From sequence record MH791414.1: DNA of 64,000 nucleotides; one strand, written 5' to 3'. The stretch's first letter is position 1; each line of letters opens with the position of its first letter. Under the pieces are notes generated by a model. That model made no database searches, had not been told where the DNA came from, and worked only from the letters and a program-made list of their open reading frames with translations. A program made the position numbers and the translations under genes. This document shows, piece by piece, positions 26,836 to 37,200 of the stretch.

Positions 26836-29094
26836 TTAGATAGAGCAGCCAGCACAATCGGCTTCTTTGACAAATTCAACATCAGCATCTGATGCGTCGC
26901 GAGTGTTATGGTAATAGAATGACTTAATACCATACTTCTGAGCAAATACTAGGTCCCCCAGCATTACACTCATTGGCAGTTTCCCATTAGGATATTCAGT
27001 TGGGCTATAGTTTGTATTTACGCTAATTCCTTGGTCGAAGAACTTTTGGAATACCGCACAAATACTCAAATAACCTTTATTCCCACCATTACGAACCATG
27101 TTCCACAATGTTTCATATTCATCAGCTAAAATATCAGCCTCTGGAACCAACATATTGAAAGCACCATCTTTAGACGCTTTTACAGAAAGAATTCCACGAA
27201 CTGGTTCAATACCGTTGGTCGCATTCAGTAGTTGCGAACTACTCTCTGCTGGCATTTGAGCAGACAAGGTATCATTACGCATTCCATAAATTCGGACTTG
27301 TTTACGCAACCATTCCCAATCTTGTTTAAGATTGTTATCAACCAGTTCATCTACATTTCGATTATACCAATCAATAGGGAGCTGCCCACGAGACCATTTG
27401 GTCCGGTCATGCCAGTTGCTTGCCCCACGCTCTTTAGCCAGTTCCATACTTGCTTGGATCAGGGAGAATTGCATAGCTTCGATATGTTCGTGTACAAGTT
27501 CCAAAGCTTTCGGATCATTGTAAGTAAGGAAATTTTTAGCCAAGAAATATGCTAAGTTAACAACACCGATACCCAAAGCCCGACGATTTTTAGCCTTCTC
27601 GGCAGCTGGTACTGGATAATCTTGATAATCCAAAAGGTTATCCAGAGCACGAACCATAATACGAGCTAAACGCAAATAATCTTTGATCGATTTGATTTTC
27701 CCAAGGTTAAACGCGGAAAGTGTACAAAGTGCGATTTCTTCTTGAATATCACCCATAGGATACGTTGGAAGATTAATCTCTTTACATAAATTGCTCATCT
27801 TGATTTTTTCAAGATATGGAGTGTATTTATTCACGTTATCAACGAACATAATATAAATACGACCGGTAGAACTACGCTCGGTCATCAAAGCAGAGAACAA
27901 ATCAGCTGCTTTAACACGTTTCTTACGGATCACATGGTTCAATTCCAGAGCTTCATATCTTTTCCGGAATTTTGTATCGTCTGAATCATAAAAATCATCG
28001 TACAAACGACCACCATCAACGTCAGGGCTGAACAGGGTGATATATCCGTTGTTTTTCAAACGTTCAAAAAACAGTTTGTTTATATGAACAGAATAGTCAA
28101 GGTGACGGATCCGGGTTTCTTCGGTTCCCTTATTGTTTTTCAAAACCAACAGCTTTTCAACTTCCAGATGCCACATAGGATAGTTCATGGTAGCACTACC
28201 ACCACGCACACCACCCTGAGAACAGCTTTTAACTGAGGTTTGAAAGTGTTTCCAGAAAGGGATTACGCCAGTATGAACAACTTCACCAGAGCGGATTTTA
28301 GAGCCTTCAGCGCGTATCCTACCACCATTAATACCAATACCAGCACGTTGGGAAATATATTTCATGATAGCTGAACTCGTTTTAGAAATAGATTCTAGAC
28401 TATCACCGGATTCAATTTTCACACAAGAACTAAATTGTCTAGTTGGTGTACGAACACCAGCAAGGATCGGTGTTGGTAAAGAAAATTCGAATTTTGATAC
28501 TGCATCGTAAAAATCTTTCACATATTCCAAACGCTTTTCTTTGTCTTTCTCATCCTGATGTAGACACATAGAAATAAGCATATACGCAAATTGTGGGGTT
28601 TCAAAAATTTGTTTTGTGGAACGATCTTTCACAAGATACTTTTCTTTAAGTTGCATCGCACCCGCATATGTAAATTCATAATCTCGGGTATGATCAATAA
28701 ATTTATCGATTTTATCGATCTCTTCCATAGAATATTTTTTAATAATATCCGGATCATATACGCCAATTGCAACCAGATTTACCACATGCTCATGTAGAGA
28801 CGGCGGATCAAATTGGTTATATACCTCTTTACGAAGAGAATACATAGTAGAACGACCGGCAACATATTGATAATCTGGCTCATCTACAGAGATCATATTG
28901 ACGGCTGCTTTAATTACTTGATTTTGAATTTCTTTGGTTGACATACCATCTGTAATGGATGGTAGAGCAGCATCTAGAATACTTCTCGGGGAAGCTTCTA
29001 GTCCATCACATGCAAATTGAAGAACCTTCAGGATCTTATCCTCTGAGAATTCTTCTGTGATACCGCTAGATTTAACTACTTTAGTAATGTGCAT
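26836..29094 (-). CDS. nrdA: class Ia RNR alpha subunit
   Basis: ATP-cone N-terminus, FSSCV, SNLCKEI, KSFYY and C-terminal CAGCSI. Confidence 0.97.
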   Translation of the reverse strand: MHITKVVKSSGITEEFSEDKILKVLQFACDGLEASPRSILDAALPSITDGMSTKEIQNQVIKAAVNMISVDEPDYQYVAGRSTMYSLRKEVYNQFDPPSLHEHVVNLVAIGVYDPDIIKKYSMEEIDKIDKFIDHTRDYEFTYAGAMQLKEKYLVKDRSTKQIFETPQFAYMLISMCLHQDEKDKEKRLEYVKDFYDAVSKFEFSLPTPILAGVRTPTRQFSSCVKIESGDSLESISKTSSAIMKYISQRAGIGINGGRIRAEGSKIRSGEVVHTGVIPFWKHFQTSVKSCSQGGVRGGSATMNYPMWHLEVEKLLVLKNNKGTEETRIRHLDYSVHINKLFFERLKNNGYITLFSPDVDGGRLYDDFYDSDDTKFRKRYEALELNHVIRKKRVKAADLFSALMTERSSTGRIYIMFVDNVNKYTPYLEKIKMSNLCKEINLPTYPMGDIQEEIALCTLSAFNLGKIKSIKDYLRLARIMVRALDNLLDYQDYPVPAAEKAKNRRALGIGVVNLAYFLAKNFLTYNDPKALELVHEHIEAMQFSLIQASMELAKERGASNWHDRTKWSRGQLPIDWYNRNVDELVDNNLKQDWEWLRKQVRIYGMRNDTLSAQMPAESSSQLLNATNGIEPVRGILSVKASKDGAFNMLVPEADILADEYETLWNMVRNGGNKGYLSICAVFQKFFDQGISVNTNYSPTEYPNGKLPMSVMLGDLVFAQKYGIKSFYYHNTRDASDADVEFVKEADCAGCSI

Positions 29095-29117
29095 TATTTT
29101 CTCTCTTGTTTTTATCC

Positions 29118-29126
29118 ATTATACCA
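29118..29126 (-). promoter_or_regulatory. extended -10 promoter for nrdA
   Basis: TGGTATAAT upstream of the start. Confidence 0.55.
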
Positions 29127-29168
29127 CAATACCCTAAATAAATGTATATTTAGAATATTGAGGAAATT

Positions 29169-30068
29169 TTGATGAACTATGGACATTGGACTACTGATGA
29201 AAAATTCGATCCAAGGGATATTCTTGGATTTGTTTATATGATATACTTCTCCAACGGGAAAAAGTATATTGGTGCTAAACGAGTATGGAAAAACCTTAAA
29301 CGTCCACCTGCCACATACAAGAGGCAAGGTAAAACAGAATTTATAGAATCTGATTGGAGAAGTTACCGATCCAGTTCTAACGAAGTCGTTGAGCTGGAAG
29401 CAGCCGGTATCGAAATAACCGAAATGCGTATCTTGGCAACGTATGATTCGTGGGGTAAGGTTCTTCTTTGTGAAGCAATGCTTCAATTCTCTTTGAATGC
29501 ATTGTCCTCTGATACATACCTAAACAAACAGATCGAAGGTTTGTTCACATCTGCATGTTTTGATAAAAAAGTATATAATGACGTTGCCCGATGCGTAGCA
29601 ATCGAGCAATACGACCCGACCACACCACAAGTAATCGTTTATCGCGGTGGTGATCGAAGTATCATATGTGATAAACCAACCGCCAAAGAGTATATCAGAT
29701 CAGGGTGGTCTGTTGCTTCACTTCCTTCAACATATCAACGTAAAAGCTATCCAATGATACCATACACAATCAAGTGTAAGGATACTGGGGAAGAGATTAC
29801 AATATGTGATTTCAAAAAGCAATATGAAGTTGCAAAAAAACTTGAATGTCCTGCTGGGGACCTAAGTCGCCTTAGAGCTGGTGAAATCCTTAACATTGGG
29901 ACTTTCACCATGAAAGATGTTAGGTCCCCCCAAATGTGGGAGAAGGACGGACAATTTTATTACAATGCTGCGGACCTTAAAAATGCTGGGGTAGATAAAA
30001 AAGATTGTATCCATCACCCGGCAGAAGACCGAGAAGCATATAGGATCAGGCTTGCATTAGCAGTATAG
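29169..30068 (+). mobile_element. free-standing GIY-YIG homing endonuclease (Seg-like), antisense to neighbours
   Basis: GFVYMIYFSNGKKYIGAK, conserved Arg/Glu and YLNKQI; CTAAATA at 29134..29140 and GAGG SD. Confidence 0.8.
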
Positions 30069-30179
30069 CCAAGCACCAACACAGAAGACCCACTCATACC
30101 ATAAAGTAATGAGTTGTGGGTTAGTCCGATAACATGCTGGAACAAGATTGATTCGGATAGTTTTTTGTTCGGTTTTCAT
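30057..30179 (-). CDS. 40-aa peptide (not in ORF track)
   Basis: MKTEQKTIRINLVPACYRTNPQLITLWYEWVFCVGAWLYC; AAGGA SD; TTTACT-N17-TAGGAT promoter near 30213..30241. Confidence 0.5.
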   Translation of the reverse strand: MKTEQKTIRINLVPACYRTNPQLITLWYEWVFCVGAWLYC

Positions 30180-30256
30180 TTTGTATTCCTTTTAATGGTA
30201 GTTTCTAAGAGAATCCTAACATAAGATTTAGATCAAGTAAAGATTTTTTAGGAAAC

Positions 30257-30364
30257 ACGAACGAAGTGAGTCGCCGGAGGCGGTTCGCTACGCTCACAAT
30301 TTTAGTTTCACTTGTAATCAAACTATAAAATCTCTATAAGTAATTTAATAGAAGATCTATAATT
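30257..30364. repeat. intergenic element copy A: module X (30257..30297) then module Y (30302..30364)
   Basis: X is 41/41 identical to 52966..53006; Y is 56/63 identical to 52900..52962. Confidence 0.95.
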
Positions 30365-30393
30365 TGATTTCATATGATACTATTATAAGGACG

Positions 30394-30423
30394 AAAAAGC
30401 CTACCCTTTTGGGTAGGCTTTTT
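30394..30423. terminator. bidirectional intrinsic terminator
   Basis: aaaaagcctaccc-tttt-gggtaggcttttt. Confidence 0.85.
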
Positions 30424-30426
30424 CAT

Positions 30427-33400
30427 TTATACTATCTTCCATAAGGTGTTTTGGAATTTCAAACCCACTTCACCGTTTGGTCGTATATCTATGACCTTAT
30501 ATTGACTTGTTGGTTCAATCCATCTATCCACATCCGGATCTTTAGCGATAACATAGTTACCAGATCCAATCGCAGCATATTTAGTTTGAATAATACCATC
30601 AATATTTAGTTGTACTTCCAATTCGGTGTAAGGAGTTATTTTCCCTTCAAATTCGATGATCATACTATAAGAAGAACCACCACTTACAATCTTGGAGATC
30701 TTATTATCGTAGATATAAACGTCGTCTTTGAGTCTACCGTTTCCAGCCACACCCCCAATTGAAGAATCCCAACCAACTACACCACCACCGGTTTTCAATA
30801 AAACAGACCGTAATTTTTTACGGAAAGTTAAACTGTTCTGTATAATGTTGTTGGATGGTATGACATAACCACTATCAGCCAATTTATATACACGAGAGCT
30901 TGAAACCATATTAGAACTTTCAATCATATCAACTTGTCGAACAACAGATGCGTTATTTCTCAAACACATATTTGACGATATACCATCAACGTGATTATAT
31001 GTAGAGTTATTGACAACACCATTTGTTTTAATAGATAGGTTAGGAAAATTATATTGAATATCAATATCAAATTCTTTACCAGCAACAATACCATGGTTTA
31101 CAGTAATGTTACTAATTGTCGTCCCACGATTTTTTACAACGAATTGTAATGTGGTTCCTAATAGGGTAACGAATATTCCATGAGTTTTATCTGTATTATC
31201 CAAATAATAACCAACGGTGAAATTATCACCTAAAAATCTCAATCTCCATGATTCTTTTTGTGGTGTCCATGCAGGTAAGATATTTAGATAGTTGTTATTC
31301 GCTAAATTTGGAACCCAAGAACTCATCGTGTTACCAATCATTTGAGGTTCTTCAAATTCTTGGAAGAAATAGCTAGATGTAGCAACGTCAGTCCCCATTG
31401 CGTCGGTCTTTGTTGTATACACTACCAAACTACGTATTGTTACGATATCACCATTTCTGGCATTTGGTACACATACATACAGACCTGAATCATGAGTCGA
31501 TTCTGTGTGGTTTTGATACAATACACCCTTATATCTTCCAGTCGGAAGGGATTTCATAATACTACCAACACCAACGGTTGTACCATATACATCCTTTAAA
31601 TATAGTGGTCGTGGACAATCTATATCGTATTCTATACGGAATCTACCCCTTGGTGGTAAATTTAAATTGAATGTCATCCCACCTTCGGAAACGTCTTTGA
31701 TGAATTTAAATCGGTTGTTACTTAAAACCTGAATAGGCTGGTTTAATTCATCCGACATTTTCCATTTTGATAGATCAACTGTATCATATACCAACACCTT
31801 ATAACCATTTTTGTCTTCTATTCCAGTGGAATAATAGTTCAATCTAGATTCCGGGTTGTTTATATATGTCCTAGCGTCGTTATCACCAACCATGGTAATA
31901 TCCCATATGTTACCATTCCAGCATTCTGTTTTATTATATCTTCCACCGATAGTTCTAATAACAGAACCAACTTTCAATTCCAAAACAAGACTATGAGGAA
32001 CATACGGAGCCAATACACCACCAGTATATGGTTTTCCATCTAACTGGACAATAGAAAAGTGTTGACTTGATAGGTTCAGTGTTCTTGTTCTTGTAAGATA
32101 TATCCAACCACCTTGTAACTCTTGGGTATTTGAACTTCTCCCGTCAAACAAATACATATTGAAATCTGTCACATTGAGAATGAAGTTCAGAGTTATATAT
32201 CCATTTTTGTTTAGAGAATACAACGGGGGAATTTCCAAACAAGTACCACCATTGAAATTATATGTGTATTTTTTGTTCTTAACCCATTCTATTACAGGTT
32301 TTTCGCTATTTATATCTGGATCTGTATAACAATCAACGTCAAATTTAAGATTTGTCATATTACCAGAAGTAATCCAGTTTCTACCATCCAGTCTAAAAAA
32401 GAAAAGGTGTCTCGGTTGTAGATTTGCAGCAACTTGTCTCTCGGCTGTTACTTCATATCTTTTATTCAACTCGATACCAGTATTAAGAACTGCACCATTA
32501 TTTTCTACTATAGTAACCCAAGCTTTAGATCCGGCTTTCATACCAGCAGGTATTAACTGACTTCCTACACCACAATACAACCAACCACCGCCTGCATCAG
32601 GGACTATATTTGACCCAGAATAATAAATACCGCTAGATGGACTAGAACCTTTAATGAAATTAAGCTTCTCCGACTGTGAATACTCATAGTATCTAGAGTT
32701 ATTCGGGATTAGATAATCTTCATATTCGGATGTGATTATATAACCACTCATTTCAGAACCAACTCTAATTTCTTGGAAAGTCCTTTTATCTAAGTCTTCA
32801 ATTACCTCAGTACCTACAAGAACACCATTCACATAGAATTTGATATTTGGACTATCTACTTCCAATTTATAAAGATATTCTTTGTTGCAAGAAACGATAC
32901 CATTGGATCTAATTGTTTTTCCTGCATAAGTCACTATGTGACCCATACCAAGCGGATCCGATTGTGTCGTCATACCAATGAATATGGTATCATCTGACCC
33001 AGAACCAATCCTATTTGCTGGGACGTTAGTATCTGTATATACCATCGAAATGAAATATGAGAACTTTCTACCAACAACCAGTAATGGGTCTTTTATATAT
33101 TTTCCGTCGTTATATACAAATTGAGGAAAACTGACAGGTTCCAAATTACCGTACTCAAAAGCTGTTACATTCTTCTCTTTAATGCTCCCTACGATATCAC
33201 CACCAGTCTCTACAGCATCCTCTGTGATGAAACCCCACTGACCTATTGTCGCTTTACCATCTTTTTGTACATTAGGTTTTTTTCTAAAAATAGAAACAGA
33301 TCTAACCCCAGTAGTTCCCACGTATTGCGATTTGATAGGCCACGATGTTGCATAGACCATGATACGATCTATTCCATTAGGGACAACAAAATCATTGTAT

Positions 33401-34206
33401 ACAGAATCCCATTGACCAGATGTATCTAAAGAGCTTACATATCCGGATGTAACGGATGTAGTCCCGTTATATCCAATGTAATAAAATCTAACAGATTCCC
33501 CTGCCGCAGCGGCAAGATCATCTCTATATGTATCTAAACTGAATCTTAATGTCTCACCCTGATTAACTATCAGTTCGGAAAGCAAAACTTTATTCAGATA
33601 CATGTTTATTTCTGGTGTTGTAGTTTTGGAATTCATATATTCTTTTTGGTCAGATACAATAGAATTACCATATCCAACTACACCGATATCTGCAAATGTA
33701 TCAAAAACGACTTCAAGAGATACTTTAATAGCAGAACTAACGCCATATTGTTCAACCATAATCTTTTTCAGACCACAGTCATATATAGCTGCATATCTGG
33801 TATTTTGTGTTCCGGTTGTTGGGTCCCAATGATTATTCCACCCAATACTACCGATTTTCTTAAAGTAGTTGTTTATTGTGGTAGTTGTTGCATTTTCACC
33901 ATGTGATATCATCAAAATAATTCCAGATGTAACCGAAGACATCCAACCTTCGAATCTATTCACATCTGTACTGTTTTTAAAATTAAAAACGTCTCGCATA
34001 CCAACGCTGAGATCGTTATTTATACTAACGCATTCGAGGCCATCAACCTCAACAGGGTTAATAGAAAATCCGTTAATAGCTAATATCTTTTTTTCTGTAT
34101 TCGTTTTTGGTGAAATTTTTATCTGATTAAGACCAGAGAAATTTTCGGAAAGTTTATTAGACTTAATCCCACCATTCGAAATACTTGATATAACAAGTTC
34201 GGCCAT
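30427..34206 (-). CDS. large gp35-like tail fibre hinge/adhesin (1259 aa) with several beta-sandwich/lectin-like domains
   Basis: follows 34; N-terminal ILEI-like segment GIILMISHG...YAAIYD; Trp/Gly-rich beta modules. Confidence 0.7.
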   Translation of the reverse strand: MAELVISSISNGGIKSNKLSENFSGLNQIKISPKTNTEKKILAINGFSINPVEVDGLECVSINNDLSVGMRDVFNFKNSTDVNRFEGWMSSVTSGIILMISHGENATTTTINNYFKKIGSIGWNNHWDPTTGTQNTRYAAIYDCGLKKIMVEQYGVSSAIKVSLEVVFDTFADIGVVGYGNSIVSDQKEYMNSKTTTPEINMYLNKVLLSELIVNQGETLRFSLDTYRDDLAAAAGESVRFYYIGYNGTTSVTSGYVSSLDTSGQWDSVYNDFVVPNGIDRIMVYATSWPIKSQYVGTTGVRSVSIFRKKPNVQKDGKATIGQWGFITEDAVETGGDIVGSIKEKNVTAFEYGNLEPVSFPQFVYNDGKYIKDPLLVVGRKFSYFISMVYTDTNVPANRIGSGSDDTIFIGMTTQSDPLGMGHIVTYAGKTIRSNGIVSCNKEYLYKLEVDSPNIKFYVNGVLVGTEVIEDLDKRTFQEIRVGSEMSGYIITSEYEDYLIPNNSRYYEYSQSEKLNFIKGSSPSSGIYYSGSNIVPDAGGGWLYCGVGSQLIPAGMKAGSKAWVTIVENNGAVLNTGIELNKRYEVTAERQVAANLQPRHLFFFRLDGRNWITSGNMTNLKFDVDCYTDPDINSEKPVIEWVKNKKYTYNFNGGTCLEIPPLYSLNKNGYITLNFILNVTDFNMYLFDGRSSNTQELQGGWIYLTRTRTLNLSSQHFSIVQLDGKPYTGGVLAPYVPHSLVLELKVGSVIRTIGGRYNKTECWNGNIWDITMVGDNDARTYINNPESRLNYYSTGIEDKNGYKVLVYDTVDLSKWKMSDELNQPIQVLSNNRFKFIKDVSEGGMTFNLNLPPRGRFRIEYDIDCPRPLYLKDVYGTTVGVGSIMKSLPTGRYKGVLYQNHTESTHDSGLYVCVPNARNGDIVTIRSLVVYTTKTDAMGTDVATSSYFFQEFEEPQMIGNTMSSWVPNLANNNYLNILPAWTPQKESWRLRFLGDNFTVGYYLDNTDKTHGIFVTLLGTTLQFVVKNRGTTISNITVNHGIVAGKEFDIDIQYNFPNLSIKTNGVVNNSTYNHVDGISSNMCLRNNASVVRQVDMIESSNMVSSSRVYKLADSGYVIPSNNIIQNSLTFRKKLRSVLLKTGGGVVGWDSSIGGVAGNGRLKDDVYIYDNKISKIVSGGSSYSMIIEFEGKITPYTELEVQLNIDGIIQTKYAAIGSGNYVIAKDPDVDRWIEPTSQYKVIDIRPNGEVGLKFQNTLWKIV

Positions 34207-34221
34207 TATGCCCCCAAATTA

Positions 34222-34247
34222 AAAAGCCACCCCGTAGGATGGCTTTG
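34222..34247 (-). terminator. hairpin terminator between 34 and 35
   Basis: aaaagccaccccgtaggatggcttt. Confidence 0.55.
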
Positions 34248-34250
34248 TTA

Positions 34251-37200
34251 TTAACTAATCCAAACAAAGTCAACAGACTTGGTTACTGGGTTCGCTCTTA
34301 TTTCTAAGAATTCCCCGTTACCAACTGCTATCCTAAGTTTATTTACGGTTGTTGTTCCGTTGAAGTTTGCATCACCGTTTGTGGTTATTGCCTTACCAGA
34401 GTTGATGATCAATTCGCCAGTCATGGTATCACCGCCTTTGAATACGCGAGACCCAGAAGTTGTATTTACATCATCAATCACAGCATCCAAGTAATCTTTT
34501 CTGATAGCATCATCCGGATCCATAGGTAAAGAACTACCTATTTTAACTTGTCCGTATACTTTCAAATTACCATTCGATTCGAATGACGATGTGTTAGCGG
34601 GAGACGCTACCCCGTTCGGACGAATAGTCAATCCACCAAGTGAACCAATAGTCAAACTTTCGTTTAGAGCAATTGTGATACCACTCTTCGATGTGTTACC
34701 CATCCAAAGGTTTTGAATACCATTTCGTTTAAAATAAGTATCGTGAATGAAGGTTTTATTACCAGAAATAGTTTCTGCAATACTTCCTTCGGACCTAACA
34801 TATCTCAACTCGGAATAACCGAATCTAACCAGCTCGTTATTTCCTGACGGGTCCTGACCACCGTTAGAAACTCTACCAGAAAATGATGTTGCAGTATCGT
34901 AGAACTGAGCAGCAATAACGCTAGAACCTATTCTCTTCAAGGTAAATGGACTATTCAGACCACCACCAACCCCAGCATCCCAACCAGAATTATCAGTTGA
35001 GTTTGTGAAAGATATAATGGTGTTATGTGTAGAACTACCAGAATCATTAAGAATCAGTTTACATGTCCCTTTTGAAATAGTAACATCTTGCGAGAAGGTC
35101 ATCGCACCTGTGATTGTTTGTGCTACGGTACGACGAACCCAATCAGTAGATGGTATTCTATTTCCAGCGACTTCCATTGCGCTTGCGCTAACAGCAACGG
35201 CTTTCAGTGGCAGATAGTTAGCCAATGCAGTGTTAAGACCACGAGGTGAAACTAGAACATCTCCATGAGCATAACTAGATAAGGTTCTGGTGGAACCTAA
35301 AATATCGTTACCTTCAAACACAGAGTTAGCAGCACTACTATTTGTTAGAATAGCTGTGATACCTACACCATAACGGGTATCGGTCATTCTGTAACCAGTA
35401 CCAGACCGGATCCCGGTGGTCATGGTAAGAGGTGTAACCGCCTTGGTGTTATTTGTACCTGTATCGACATCAGATTGAGTCGCAATATACAGAATACCAG
35501 TCTGTGTGGTTGAAGCTTGTCTCGCACTTAATTTCTTAGGTGTGATTGCAACGTTATCAAGGGATGCCCCCGACATATCATTAGCTTCGATCTGGGTAGC
35601 CACTCGCAGGGAACCGCGCTGTATTTCCGTTGGAACCTGTATGTTGATAAGTTGACCATCCCAAATGTTTCCTTGAGAAGTCAAACCAGAATCGCTTGAT
35701 ACGGTGATACGGTCACGCGACAACCAGTTTCCGAATGTTTTAGGAGTAACAAACCATTTGTCATGAAGAATACCCGCATCAACTTCAAGTTGAGTAGCCG
35801 TTTCGGCTAGACCCCATCTGGTTTCAGTCGCCTGTCTATTCACCAGTCCTTTGATACTTACATGTACGTTATCTTCAGTTGGTGGTGTGTTGCTCAATAC
35901 TTCAGTTGAGTTTGCAGCTCTTGACAACCCGGTAAGAGTTGCTGTAGCCTGTCTTCCTTCAAGTGTTGAAGCAGTCACAACCAATGCACCATTTGTGGTG
36001 TTGGCAGCCCCGGTATTTGCTTCCCCTTGTGTAGCCAAGAAAACCATCCCTTGGGAGTTTTCTGTTGCTACTTTTTCAAACAAGGTTTTCGGGGTGATAA
36101 CCTTAATATGATCGTTAAAATCGTGAACCCCAGTACCAGCGGTTGTTCTGGTAGTCTGTTTGGTTCCACCAAAAGCAACGAGAGCAGACAAGCCGGTCAT
36201 AGTTTCAGTTGCTACCCTACCATTTAATGTTTGTGGTGTGATAGCAATCTGAGCCCAGTTTTCACCAGTACCGGATTGTGCATTTGCTTGTGCTTGAGTC
36301 GCGACTTTAAGCAGACCTCTCATTGAAGTGGTCGCCAGACGGTCATTTAGTAAAAACGGGGTGATTATCACACCGGACCAAGCTTCGTCATTGAGGTTTC
36401 CGGTAGTTGCTTTTGATTCTGAGTTAGTGGATAATCTCGCAATCCCACGACGAGTACCAGTAGCGGTTTTGTTTGCAAGTGTTTCTGATGTAACAAAATC
36501 CTCACAATCTGGATTCTGACCGGTTACAATGTCTTCTTTGTTCTTGTTTACGCTATCCTGTGACGCGATTGCAGCCATACCGTAAAAATCTCGGACGTTA
36601 CGGTCCACCCGGTAAGGGATCTCGCTCATTGTGACAACTGCCCAAACATCCTTACCAGAACCTAGGGCATTTTTGAAGAATACGAATTCCCATTGCTCGC
36701 CACGGTTTTGAATATTAAATGATTGCGTTTTTGTCAGATGTGTATTAAGATCGGATAAAAGAGCACGATACGCACTAATTCTAGGATTGGTTAACGTATC
36801 TCCATCTGGCATGAAATAATCATTCGTGCTAGTTCCATCTACGTTCAATACTAAGGTGGATCCTTGTACCATATAACGTGTATCTACAAAGAAACTATCA
36901 CCTTGTGCTGCATCCCTTGGGAATGTAACTGTAACGGTTGACGGGGTTTCTGTGTAGATCACAAGTTGGTCATTAGGTTCACCCTTGTATGTTGCAGTTT
37001 TTACGCTTTTCCATCTCGATTTACTGTCAGAGTCGAAAACTCTCCAAGCGTTTTGGTTTGCGTCAAATACAAACATACCCCAATCAGTAGAATCAAACAT
37101 TGCGGTTTTAACTGGTGTACTTCCTACTGATACTATGATATTATGGGTACTATTGGAATGAACAGACACATACGTTTTTGTGACCGGGTTATTACCATCA

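Noticed and set aside
35300-36500. Repeated GxxxxATQxE...VTP units in gp34
   Set aside because: Normal structural repeats of T4-type proximal tail fibres
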